A stretch of DNA of 64,000 bases from contig BLSG01000298.1 of assembly GCA_012862495.1 (NCBI GenBank), forward strand, positions 1-64,000. The letters are read 5' to 3'. The position numbers and the translations under genes were made by a program. Position 1 is the first letter of the stretch; every line of letters starts with the position of its first letter. Source of the stretch: Thraustochytrium aureum. Its lineage: Eukaryota. The notes under the pieces were generated by a model that was given only the letters and a program-made list of their open reading frames with translations, made no database searches and was not told the DNA's origin. Positions 44,711 through 56,424 of this stretch are shown here, in pieces.

Positions 44711-47282
44711 TCAAACGGACAGCCACAGCACCAGGAGGACAAACACGAACAGAAAGATGAGCGCCTGCGCGTTGGACGGCTCTTTGCTGTCACGACTCTT
44801 CTTCTTCTTCTTCGACTTGGACTTGGAGTGCTTGCGTCCAGAGCGCTTGCTCGCGGCGCCATCACTCGAGCCGTCCGAATCGGACTCACTCGAAGACCCC
44901 GAATCAGACTCGCTTTGGTCAGCCGATTTGGAACGGCCGCCGCGCCCTTTAGAATTCTGCGAGTTGTTCCGTTGGCGCAGAGCCGAACCTGCCACGGGGC
45001 CCTTGTCGGCGCCAGGCTCGGCTCGCTCTTTCACAGTCGCTGCCGCCTCTACCTCAACTGGGCTTTCCGCCGCTTCATCCTCCACTTGCGCCGTAGGTAG
45101 AGCAGCAGGTTGCGCAGCTGGGACAGCCACTCGGGGCTTGGCCTGCGCGCGTGCCTTTTGAGGGGGCCGTTGTCCAAGTCGAGCGTCATCTTCGTCGCTC
45201 TCCTCCTCTTCCTCGTCTTCGCTGGGCTCCTCCTCCTCCTCCTCCTCCTCCTCCTCTTCNNNNNNNNNNNNNNNNNNNNNNNNNNNNNNNNNNNNNNNNN
45301 NNNNNNNNNNNNNNNNNNNNNNNNNNNNNNNNNNNNNNNNNNNNNNNNNNNNNNNNNNNNNNNNNNNNNNNNNNNNNNNNNNNNNNNNNNNNNNNNNNNN
45401 NNNNNNNNNNNNNNNNNNNNNNNNNNNNNNNNNNNNNNNNNNNNNNNNNNNNNNNNNNNNNNNNNNCCTCTTCTTCTTGTTCCTCGTCTTCCTCAACTTG
45501 GTCGTCCTCCAGCTGCGAGCTTGCACCGGATTCCACAGATTCGATCGAGGGCGCCCTCGACTTTGGCCTGGGCCTCGCTGCGGACGTCCCGCTTGATGTA
45601 GACTGCCGGCGCTGAACCCGAAGCAGGTCGTTCTCGTCCATCAGGATCTCCTTTTCGGTTTGGAGCGTCTCGAGCTTCTCGGACAAGTCCTCGATCGACT
45701 CGTTGAAGGACGAGACCTGCGCCTTCTGCGTGGCAACGGTTCGTTCTAAAGACTCGATGAGGCGTTGGAGATCTTCGCGCTCGCGCTCTGCTTCCTCTTT
45801 TTCAGTTCGGATCTCGTCGAGGCGGCGAGTATACTCGCTTTTCTCGCGCTTGATGCTGCTGGCTTGCCGATCGTACTTGTCCTGTAGCTGCTCAAACTCC
45901 TCCTCGAACTTGAGGACCTCTTCCTTGGTGTTTTCGTAGCCTCGCACCGCCTCCGAGTACTTGGCCTTGAGCTCGAGGTTTTCGTCTTCTTTGGACGCCA
46001 GGAGGCCGCGCAGCTTGCTCAGCTCGCGGCGCAGCGCGGCGGCCTCGTCCGCGCCGTCGTGCGCGCCGTTGGCGACCTCGGTCCGGGCCCCCTTTGACGC
46101 GCCTTGCGCGCGACGGACCCGACGCGGGGCAATGCGAACTTCCTCCTCCTCCTCCTCCTCTTCGCTACTTTCCGCATCGTCGCCCTCTTGGGAGCGCTCG
46201 TCACTCAATTCTTGTATCCCGTCCGCATCCTCGTCTTCAGCTACGTCGTAAACAGCCACTGGCTTGGATCGCCGCGAGCCTGTGGAGACCTTGGATTTGC
46301 GCCTGGATCTCGCCGATTGCGCCTCTTCAAGGGCAGATTTGCGCTCTTCCTCTTCTTGTTTGCGCTTGGCCTCGACGAGCTTTTGCAGGCGGCGCTCTTG
46401 CCGCTGCCGTGCATGAGCCTCGGCGGCCTCGGCTTCCTCGGCGGCTGCGGCTGCGGCTGCGGCGGCTTCCTTTTCTGCCTTTGCCTTTGCGAGTTTCGAT
46501 TTCGCTGGGGTTTTGGCGGAGTCAGGTTTCGCGGACGTGGCTCGAGCGACCTTGGCCTCCTTCGGGGCCTTAGTCGCCTTGCTAGGCTCCTCCACTTTAA
46601 CCTGAACGTAGTCGTCCGAGTCGACGTCTGGATCAGCGGCTGTCGCCTTCTTGGCAGAGGTCTTGGTTTTGGCCAAAGACTTGGAGGCGTTCGACGCCTT
46701 CGACTTGGTCGACGCCTTCGACTTGGTCGACACCTTGGACTTGGTCGACACCTTGGACTTGACGGAGGCCTTCGACTTGGCAGACGCTTTCGACTTGGCA
46801 GAGGCCTTCGATTTGGCAGATCCAACGGACCGCCCGGACGCCGACTTGCGCCCGGTGGACCTTGCATCGTCCTCAGCGTCGTCGGCGGCTCCGTTCGCGT
46901 TGTCCTCGTCGTCCATGCCCTTGCTCGATTGCTGGCGCTGGTACAGCGCGAGGCGCTCCTTCAGGGAGCCGCCTGGCAGGTTTGCGTTGCTCGCGGCCTT
47001 TGCGCTCGCGGACTGGTCGGACCGCGCGCTGGCCGGGCGGCGGACTGGGGACGGCGAGCGGCTCGCAGAGGGGCGGATGTTGGCCTCCTCCTTTGCGTGC
47101 TTGCCGCAGAATACGTGGTCGTTGATCAGCCCAAAGTCGTTCAGGTGCAGCTTGCGATCGCAGGTGAAGCACCTGAAGCACTCCTTATGCAGCGCGTCCT
47201 CCCCGATCAGCATTTGCTCGAGGTGGTACACGGTCTTGCTGCACACCTTGCACTTCGTCGTGGTCCCGTTGAACTTGGGCAT
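44711..47282 (-). CDS. LIM-domain, coiled-coil, tail-anchored protein (gap 45260-45466)
   Basis: N-terminal LIM domain CKVC...HKECFRCFTC...CGKH, KSKAS repeats, long coiled coil, Glu-rich tract and terminal TM ALIFLFVFVLLVLWLSV*. Confidence 0.8.
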
Positions 47283-47813
47283 CGTGCCCGCCGCCTCCTT
47301 GCCGCGTCTCCCGCCGTCCACGCCGCTCGCGCGCGCGTGGTCGCGCTTTTCCGCCTTTTCGAGGGTTGCAGGCGAACGAACGGACCGCACTGCGCGCGCC
47401 TTGGCACCGCTGGCCCGCTNNNNNNNNNNNNNNNNNNNNNNNNNNNNNNNNNNNNNNNNNNNNNNNNNNNNNNNNNNNNNNNNNNNNNNNNNNNNNNNNN
47501 NNNNNNNNNNNNNNNNNNNNNNNNNNNNNNNNNNNNNNNNNNNNNNNNNNNNNNNNNNNNNNNNNNNNNNNNNNNNNNNNNNNNNNNNNNNNNNNNNNNN
47601 NNNNNNNNNNNNNNNNNNNNNNNNNNNNNNNNNNNNNNNNNNNNNNNNNNNNNNNNNNNNNNNNNNNNNNNNNNNNNNNNNNNNNNNNNNNNNNNNNNNN
47701 NNNNNNNNNNNNNNNCTGCGTGTCTGCGTGCACGAGAGACTGCTCGAGGTGATGGACGGGCGGGCCTGTCTCGTCTGTCTCCAGGCAGCTTTTTGTTGTG
47801 TAGTGTTTGTCTC

Positions 47814-47814
47814 G

Positions 47815-47846
<32 letters not shown>
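47814..47846. repeat. (TTG)n microsatellite, about 11 units
   Basis: Read directly from the sequence. Confidence 0.95.
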
Positions 47847-47847
<1 letters not shown>

Positions 47848-48259
47848 GTGAACACTCATCAGAAGTGAATGTGGTGTGCAAGCCTCCCTCTCGCGCCGTT
47901 GTGCAAGTTGGCAGTGTGATGAGCCAGACAGGCAAGGCAGCCAGCCACTCTGCCGAGCGCGGCTGGCTGGCTGATGCAGCTGTAGACAAACGAACGTTCA
48001 GTCGGCCTCTACTTGGTGCACAAGCGATTTTGCTGCGCTCGAGCTGCGTTTGGCGACGAGTCGAGGCGCTCGCGGGTCGTTGCTGACGAAGGTGGACGAA
48101 TCACCAGGCGGAAGGCAGCTACGTTCTCTACGTATTCTATGTATAGCGGACAAAGGTGGAGATCACGAGCCGGGCGGTCCACAAGCGGGAGGGCTCCAGC
48201 ATGAGCTCGCGGCGTCACTAGCCCGCAGTGTCATAGAAGCTCGCGGTGTCATTAGTTCG

Positions 48260-51200
48260 CTAATCATGCTTGAAGCCGTGAAAGTCGCGGGCGCCCTGGC
48301 GCGTGTCTGGGCGCGGCACCGTGAGGATGTCCACCTCTTCCTCGCCCACGCTTTTGATCTTTTCTTGCAGACTGGCAACCCAGGGAAAATACTGCTCCTG
48401 GATGATCGTCATTATGAGCAGGGCGACGACATGACAGGAGAGGACCTTGAAAATAAACATGGCGAAGAGCGGCGTGTCATGCACCGAGTGAAAGTCGTTC
48501 GAGTTGCGCGCCCCGAAAATGAGGAAGCGGATCGCCTGCGCAAAGGTCCATAGCGAGAACAGGCTTGTGGCACAGTACGTCTTGTTCGAGTCCACGTAGC
48601 CAAAGTAGCGCAGCACGTAGTTGCGGCCGTTCTTGTCCACCGGGGACGGGTCCCACAAGAATATCGCCTCGAGAAAGTACCGCACGTACGACAGCGAGCA
48701 GACGACCTCGACAGCCGGCCCGATGTCGATCGAGCCAAAGATGGTGGCCTCGCGCTTGATCTGGTGCTGGTTGGGCGTGAAAAAGGCAAACACGTGGCAG
48801 CTTATGAGCAGCGCCACGGCCGCCACGTAGGCCACCGAGTCGTCGTGGTTGGCAAACACGCAGATCGCGTTGCCCAGCGCCCCGGAGGCCAGGTAGTTGA
48901 GGTGCAGCATGTGCGCGAACTCGTAGTACTTTTGCAGCCGCACCCAGTACGTGAGGTCAAAAAACCCAATCTCCTTGCCCTTGTTGTCTGGCACGTCGAT
49001 GATCCACACGCCCGAGCGCACCCAGAGCCCGATAAAGTAGCACAGCGCGTAGATATGGCAAACGCACCACCCCCACACGATCGACTCGGCGAGGACCGCA
49101 AACTCGTGCGCACCGAGCAGCATGCCCGCAGAGGCGGCGCGCTGCACTGGAGCGATGTCGTCGTGGAAGACGGCGCCAACCATGCCAAGCAGCCCGATAG
49201 AGATGCTCAGGAAAAGGTTGCTCACCGCGCGCCTGTTCCACGTGTTGTTGAAAGATCGCACGAACGACACCACGTTGGCCAGCGAGGCGATGACGAATAC
49301 CTCGGCGGCCAAGCCCCGACGCCACTTGAGCCCCATGATCTGCCAAAACCACAGGTGCACTTGCCGCTTCAGCCCCGGTTTGGGCAGTTGTTGGTACGAG
49401 GGAAAGGCATGCCGCGTGTCCACAAGCGTGCACCACATCCGAGGGTCCCCCTCCTTGCACCGCTCGACCCCGAGCCAGCCGAGCAGCGAGCCAAGCAAGC
49501 TGGTGTTCTCCACCCATGCGTCCCCGCGCTTCGCCAGCTCGGACCGCGCGTCGACGCCACCAGCCGCGCCGCCATCCTCGCCGTTGCGAGGCGTGGTGCG
49601 TGGCTCGCAAGGTGCGCCTTGCACTCCTCGCGCCAGACCAAAACATGCTCGTTGAGCGCCGTGCGGTTGTCGAGGAGCGGCTTGATCTGCGCATACTCGC
49701 TCTCCGCACGGTTCGTTACGCACCGTAGGACGTCTTCCTCAAAGCGCTCGGCCTCCATTTTTCGCTCGATGCGGTCCCAGGTCCCCTCCAGCGCCGACTG
49801 CTCGCGAAACAGCAGCGGAAGCACGGGGTGCGACAAGTTGTCCGCGCGCGACACGCACCGACCCTCGGCAAGAGGCGGCCAGGGGGTCGTTTCGCTCGTG
49901 CACAGCCCCTTGAGCGTTGCGTTCAAGGGCTCGCGCACGGGCCCTTCGAGTCGCGCAAGCACGTCCAAAATAAACTCGGCAGAGGGGGTCGAACAGACCG
50001 AGGAGGCGTCGTCGTCGTCGACCTCCTCCCCGCCGCCGCCGCCATGCCCGCGCGAGCTCGTGCCGAGTTGGGGGACTGAAAACCCTGCACTCGCAAGGAA
50101 TGGCAGCACGCCGGTTCGCGGCCCTACGTACGCTGCCTCGCCGTCCTGCATCAGAATAAGGTCGTCAAGCAAGTTAAAGACGCGCGCGGACGGCTGGTGG
50201 ATCACCGTCACGACCGAGACCCCGCGACTTGCGACACTGCGAAGCATCGACATGAGCCGAAACGTGCCGGCGCTGTCGAGCCCAGAGGTGGGCTCGTCCA
50301 TGACCAGGACAGCAGGCAACGAGACAAGCTCCATGCCGATGCTCGTGCGCTTGCGCTCGCCGCCGCTGATGCTGCGCTGCTTTACGTCGCCGATTCGCCG
50401 GTCCTTGACTTTGGTCAGGTCGAGCGTTTCGAGCGTGTCCGCGACGACGCGCTGCTTTTCCTCTGGCGTCATGTCTCGGGGCAGCCGCCAGCTCGCGCTG
50501 AACGTCAGAGCCTCTTCAACAGTGAGATCCGGGTAGAGAACATCGTCTTGCGGAACAAAGCCGACACGGTCGAGAAAGGCCTCCAGGTCGCGCGGGCGCC
50601 CGTTCAGGTACACTGTTCCGTGGGCCCCGTTGGAGCAGTACCTCTTCCCCCGGCCAAGGAGAGAGTAGGCAAAGGTCGTCTTTCCGGAGCCGCTTTGCCC
50701 CTGCAGTGTCAGAGCAAAAGGCGCGTGTCGTCGTGACAGTGGTCAGCACGCCGACTTGGCGGTCGAGCAAGGCCGGCGGGCTCCTGCGACGAGGAGGGGC
50801 GGCAAGAAAAAAAACCTACCATGATGCCGGTGAGCTTTCCAGGGCGGATTTCGCCTGTTATATTGGACAGGATCGGCTCGCCCATTCCAGCGATCGAGCA
50901 GCCGACGTTGTTAAAGGCGATGTGGACGGGAAACCCCGTTTTGTTCTCCCGGTGGTACTGGATAAACGTCTGCTGGGGGCCCTCGTAGTACTCGTCTGCG
51001 GACAGCTGCACGCCCACCGTGCTAAGGCAGCTCCCAAGGAAGAGAAACATCACGATCCGCCTGGTCGGGTACACCGCGCTCGGGTTGTCCGGCCGCAAAA
51101 ACCTCCTGAACGGCCCATGCCCGTCCTCATCATAGTACTTCCATGCCGTGCGCCTCCGCGCGTCCTTCCCGCGCTGTGCCTCCCCATTCGGCTCTCGCTC

Positions 51201-51263
51201 GCCGTCCTGGCTCGGCCGTCGCCTGGCCAGCCTTTCGCGGGGCGTGAAGGGCACGGTGCGCAT
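48260..51263 (-). CDS. ABCG (White-like) half transporter with extra N-terminal TM; intron 50701-50819; frameshifts near 50648 and 49560-49600
   Basis: The spliced Walker A is GIM|GQSGSGKT. Also present are VGFVPQDD, ISGGERKR, VMDEPTSGLD and VIHQPS. The C-terminal TMD has SLSYVRYFLEAI. The start is uncertain. Confidence 0.88.
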
Positions 51264-52194
51264 CCTGTCGCCTCCGCCACCCTGCCCCTCAGCCCTCAAG
51301 CCGCGCGCAGACCTCCCGCGCCCCCGGACAAACGGCGCTGCGCGCCGCCCTGCGCTGCCCCCGAGGCGCAGCTCGCCTTGCCGCCCTGCGCGCCCGCCCC
51401 GCGCGCCGACTCGAGTCCGCTCTCGCGCTCCTTCTCGTACTCGAACTCGATCAATCAAAACCGAGCAGGCCTTTAACCTTTGGAGAGCTAGGGTGCGCTC
51501 TACCCTCCGCGTTCCCGCTTGGGAACGTCCTCCGCTGATTCNNNNNNNNNNNNNNNNNNNNNNNNNNNNNNNNNNNNNNNNNNNNNNNNNNNNNNNNNNN
51601 NNNNNNNNNNNNNNNNNNNNNNNNNNNNNNNNNNNNNNNNNNNNNNNNNNNNNNNNNNNNNNNNNNNNNNNNNNNNNNNNNNNNNNNNNNNNNNNNNNNN
51701 NNNNNNNNNNNNNNNNNNNNNNNNNNNNNNNNNNNNNNNNNNNNNNNNNNNNNNNNNNNNNNNNNNNNNNNNNNNNNNNNNNNNNNNNNNNNNNNNNNNN
51801 NNNNNNNNNNNNNNNNNNNNNNNNNNNNNNNNNNNNNNNNNNNNNNNNNNNNNNNNNNNNNNNNNNNNNNNNNNNNNNNNNNNNNNNNNNNNNNNNNNNN
51901 NNNNNNNNNNNNNNNNNNNNNNNNNNNNNNNNNNNNNNNNNNNNNNNNNNNNNNNNNNNNNNNNNNNNNNNNNNNNNNNNNNNNNNNNNNNNNNNNNNNN
52001 NNNNNNNNNNNAGCTCTGCTGGGGGCGAGTCGGCCTCGGCCGACGCGCTTCAAGTGCACAGCACCGCTCCCAAGAGTCTCCTCGCGTCGTGAGCGCGCCA
52101 AGCTAGGACATCGCCAAGGCGGGCGGCTACAACAGTTTTCAATTGAGAAAAACGCAAATTTCACTTGCCAGCCAGCAGGAGAGCAACCGTAGAG

Positions 52195-53235
52195 CTAGAT
52201 CGCGCCAAGAAGGGCCGCGAGGCCGCCAACCACAGCAAAGACCGCCGCTGGGGCGGCGCGCGCAGACGCAGCACCAGTTCCGTCTCCGAAATCGATCGGG
52301 TTTTCCGTGCCGCCCCACCACACGTCGTCCTGGAACGTGGTCCCGTTGAACTCAACAGTCGCGCCGTTGATGGAAAACGCTTTGCTAACCTGAGGCGACT
52401 CAAAGTCAATGTCGTACCCGAGGTCCTTGAGGCTGAGTGCGGTCATGAGACTGAGCGGCTGCTCGCGCCCGCTCAGAAAGCCTGTCATAAGCTCGTTTCC
52501 AAATACGCTGCTGCGCCAGTGCGCGTCGCGCGTGCCGCCACCGCCGACGTCCTCCACCGGCACAGCATCGGCTGTGCCCCCGATGGAGCGAAAGCCCTGC
52601 ACGCCGTTGGGGCCTGTGTATGTTGGATCGCCGGACCCGCGGCCCTGCACGAGGTCCTGCGGCCGCAACTGCTCCGGCCGCCACAGAGGTCCGACGCCAA
52701 GAACGTGCAGCATCTCGTGTTTGATCGTACTCACGAAGGTGCCCGCGCGGACGAGGTCGCGGACATCTGCAGAGTCGAACTGCATCCTCCCGAATCGGGG
52801 CACGCGGAGCCCGTTCAGGTCGGAGCGCTGCCTGCAAGGCCCAGCGGATCCGAGAACGCTCCCGCGGCCGTCAATCGCAACGACCTGCGCGACGATCAGG
52901 AGGTTCTGGATCACCCTGCCTGCGTTGAGCACGGTTTGAATACCACAGAACGAGTTCAAGTTGAGTGGCTGCTGTAGCGTGATCGGCTGGAGCTCGGAGC
53001 GAATAATGTCGTTGAGCTGGTCCGCAGCCTGCTGAAACTGTCTGCGCACCTCGGCGTCATCCGCCGCGCTCAAGTCGGTCGGCAGCAGCTCGACCTCGAT
53101 GTACGGGGTGCTGCCGCCTTGCAGTGTCCGCGACTGCGCCTCGCTGCGCAGGCTCGTCGCCGCCGCAAAATCAGCGGCGAGCAGGGGCCCAGCGGCTGCC
53201 AGCGCCGCCAGCTTCGACAGCGCCTTGACCATCAT
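52195..53235 (-). CDS. leishmanolysin/GP63-like (M8-type) zinc metalloprotease, secreted, probable GPI anchor
   Basis: Signal peptide, VLGSAGP, HEMLHVLG (HExxH), GGGTRDAHW (third His), NELMTG (Met-turn), SLKDLGY and a hydrophobic C-terminus. Confidence 0.88.
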   Translation of the reverse strand: MMVKALSKLAALAAAGPLLAADFAAATSLRSEAQSRTLQGGSTPYIEVELLPTDLSAADDAEVRRQFQQAADQLNDIIRSELQPITLQQPLNLNSFCGIQTVLNAGRVIQNLLIVAQVVAIDGRGSVLGSAGPCRQRSDLNGLRVPRFGRMQFDSADVRDLVRAGTFVSTIKHEMLHVLGVGPLWRPEQLRPQDLVQGRGSGDPTYTGPNGVQGFRSIGGTADAVPVEDVGGGGTRDAHWRSSVFGNELMTGFLSGREQPLSLMTALSLKDLGYDIDFESPQVSKAFSINGATVEFNGTTFQDDVWWGGTENPIDFGDGTGAASARAAPAAVFAVVGGLAALLGAI

Positions 53236-53924
53236 CGCTCCTCCAAGCTACGCGCGCGTCCAAAACGCAGTACAGGTTGCTGGTGTCTGCCTCGTCACCG
53301 CAGAAGAAGATCTGCAGGCTGTGCCTTGCTGTGTCTCTTCGATTTCGTTTTGCCACCCCATCGACAGGCGAGCACGCCAGCTCGAAGGAGCAACCACTTG
53401 CCCATCAAGTAAGTTACGTAGTGAGTTGGTGCTGTCAAGGAGCATCCTCCTTGCCACCGAAGGTGAGTACCGTAGTAGGTACGTAGGCTATGCAGTCAGC
53501 ACAGCCGCTGCGGCCCTCGCCGGCTGCTTGATCGGCTGCCGCAGAGCCCCTGATTTCGGCCAATTCCCAGTACCTCCTGATTCTGCTGCGCTGACTCGGA
53601 CACACATGAACAGTCAGTCGCATAGCGCTTGAAGCGCTCGGCCGATCGGACCTGAGGCGTGCATCGTGCATGCGCCGGCAACGCGCGTGCCAGCCAGCCG
53701 CGAAGATCCGCCCTCCTCACCGAGAGCTCCACGAGCCTGAGGAGTCGAGCAGGGAGGACGCTCGGTTAGGTCGCTCTCGCGGCGGTTAGGTTGGCCATCT
53801 GCGTCTGCGACATCTTGCGAGTGAACTCGACATCGTGGCGACGCAGATCCTGCTTCTCTGACACCTGCGAGAAGCTGGGACGGAGTAGGACTGGCGGAAA
53901 CGGCAGCACAGGATGCAAGGCGCG

Positions 53925-54579
53925 ATGAAGACGCTGGCGGTGCTCGCCGCTGTGGTGGCGCTTGGCGCGCGCGAATGCGTCGGGTCAATCGCGGTGAGCC
54001 GGTCGATCTCGCACCTTGACATGGCGGACCTCAAAGTGGATATCAACGGGTGCTCCAAGAACGACAAGTACGGGTGCAGCGAGTTCTCCACGGACTGGGG
54101 CAAGAACATCTCGGGCAAGGTGCACGCTGTGCTGAAGAGCGACCTGGAGAAGGGCTCGCACTTTATCGCCAGCTTGCACGTCAAGGTAAGTCGACCCTTC
54201 TGCTGGCTCGCACAACCCCCGCACTTGAGGCGCGCTCGTCGCTGACGCCGCCCCTTGCACACAGACAGGAATCCTCCCGGTCAAGGTCGACATCAAGTGC
54301 GATCTGTGCGGCAAGCCGTGCGAGTTTCACATCCCGGTCCTTGACAAGCCGATGTCGATCCAGCTGCCACCGTGCCCGCTCAAGGCCTCTGGGGCGGACA
54401 AGTCGTTCAACGTCATGATCCCTTCCGACGACCCCGTACCGCTAAAGCTCGCGGTGGACGCAATCATCAACGTGTACGATCACAAGGGCGACGAGGTGGC
54501 AGCAGTGCATGCGAGCGCACGCGTCTCCAAGTCCGGCCTGCTCTTCGCCAGCGCGGCCTCGCTCGAGCCCGCTCGCTGA
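53925..54579 (+). CDS. secreted Cys-rich beta-sandwich protein, possibly ML (NPC2/MD-2) lipid-binding domain; intron 54186-54264
   Basis: Signal peptide MKTLAVLAAVVALG and an in-phase GTAAGT...CTGAC...CAG intron. The Cys pattern CDLC...C...PPCPL and alternating beta strands resemble ML domains. Confidence 0.6.
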
Positions 54580-54728
54580 TTGCCGTCTCTACTGCGCCGC
54601 GCCACTCCTCTGCGAGCGGCTGGCGGGCCGCGAGGCCAGCTGGCGTTGCCGTGCGAAAACAAGCCAAAACGAAAAGGGAAAGGAAACACGATCATTATTT
54701 TTTCCCGCGCCAATCCGCCACAGAAAAG

Positions 54729-55541
54729 TTAGAGCATGAAGGCGATGTCGCGGTTCTTGGACCCGTCGCCGACATAGGCGCCCCCGAAGCGGCCCGTGCC
54801 CACCTCGTGGTAAAACGTGTACCCCGGGTACAACAAGCTGCGGAGCACGGCCGTGCTATCGCTCGCGTCGATCTGGCAGCTCCAGGCGCCCTCCGGGTGC
54901 GTTGAGCTGATCTTGTCCAGGAACGCGTCGGGCCGAATGAGCCCGTCCGCGCCGCGCGTGGCCGTCGGGTCAACAGGCTTGCGGAAGTGAAAGTAGGAGG
55001 CCACGTCGGTGGCCTCTGCCGCATCGAGCCCGCCAAACCCCTTGTTTCGCGCGACCTTGTGGCAGGGATCGGCGACGAACGCGCCGCGTGGCACCACGGC
55101 GGTATGGTGGTGGATTTCTGCAACCACGCTCGCCAGGTGGTTGGCCTCCGTGTAGGCGGGCGTGCTGTTGTCCTTCGTTTCCTCCTCCCCCTCCTCGCCC
55201 TCGCCCTCGACGGCGGGCACCAGCTCGGTGTCGGGATTCCCCGTGAACGGGGTTGTCCGAGCAACCTGTGCATGCGCCGTGGCCGGAACGAGGGGCTTGA
55301 GCTTGAACGACTTGTTGGTGCAGAAGAAGAAAGACTGGTTCGGGTAGTCTTGCTCTTCCTCCAGCTTGTTCTGCGCCACGAGAATCAGGTAGTCGGCCTC
55401 CGCGCCGAGCACCTTGCCCCAAAACTGCAGGTTGTCCAGGCCGCGCGACTCGATGGCCAGCGCGGCATTCTCCAGCAGCGTCTGCTCCTCCACCGAAACC
55501 CACCGCCCGCTCGCACTCGCGAGCCGCGCATCTACCTTCAT
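54729..55541 (-). CDS. RSPH9: radial spoke head protein 9 (flagellar axoneme)
   Basis: FWGKVLGAEADYLI, FTGNP, EANHLASVVAEI, VVPRGAF, YFHFR, LRSLLYPGYTFYH and YVGDGSKNRDIAFML match the RSPH9 pattern. Confidence 0.92.
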   Translation of the reverse strand: MKVDARLASASGRWVSVEEQTLLENAALAIESRGLDNLQFWGKVLGAEADYLILVAQNKLEEEQDYPNQSFFFCTNKSFKLKPLVPATAHAQVARTTPFTGNPDTELVPAVEGEGEEGEEETKDNSTPAYTEANHLASVVAEIHHHTAVVPRGAFVADPCHKVARNKGFGGLDAAEATDVASYFHFRKPVDPTATRGADGLIRPDAFLDKISSTHPEGAWSCQIDASDSTAVLRSLLYPGYTFYHEVGTGRFGGAYVGDGSKNRDIAFML

Positions 55542-56424
55542 TTTCTCCCCTCGCGGTCGGTCGGCCTGGTCGGTCGCCTGCACTGGCGTCAGCCACTCCA
55601 GCGCCAAAAACCACGCCAAAAAAATCGCCCAAACCAAACTGAGCCGCGCGCGGGGGCTCGACAAGCAGCCAGCCAGTCCCCTTCAGCGCCTGCCTGCCCG
55701 CCTGCTTGCCGTGTGCCTGCTTGCTTGCCTGCTTGCTCGGCTGCGAGTGCGTGCTCGTTGCGCGCCTGCGTGCCGCCGTATTGGCGCGCGTAAAGCCGCT
55801 CGCAGCTGCTGCGAAGCAACCAGTCCTTTACCGTTGAGCCGGATGACGGTTGTGCGAACAGAGCGTGCTCGCCGCGGCCGCGAACAGGCCAGTGCGCGTG
55901 AACAACGGCTTGCTCGCACCAGAACACCGTGCGCCCGGCTGCCCTGCGACCGGCCCAGTCCGTGGCGATGATAGGACATGCCGATGCCGGCAGGTGGAGC
56001 ATCCCTCCCTGCCTCCCTGCCTCAGGGAGCCTGCTTCGCCCTCCGCGCGATGGACGCGCCGCGCAGGCGGTCGGGACAGCCGGAGAGAGCTGAAGAGCTC
56101 GCTCTTGTCGCCCTCGCACTCCGCAGTGTCCGCACCCGCACGCCGTTGCGATGAAACGAACGCAGGCCTCGCGGCCATGGGCGGACGGATGAGCTGTTTT
56201 GTTCGAGCTGGCCTTCTTCCAAGGCGTCGCTGATGTGACTCATGTGAGTGCAGGCAATTGTCCGCTCCGGCGTGATGGGCCTGGAAACTGTGCTCTGCGG
56301 CATCGGCAGACCGCATTGGAAGGAAGCGAACGCCACGCAAGCCTCGGCAGCGCTGCAGCGGGACGCGGAAAGTCGCGCGACGAGTTGGGCGAGCGGACAG
56401 AGGAGGAAGGCGACGCCTGTGGAC

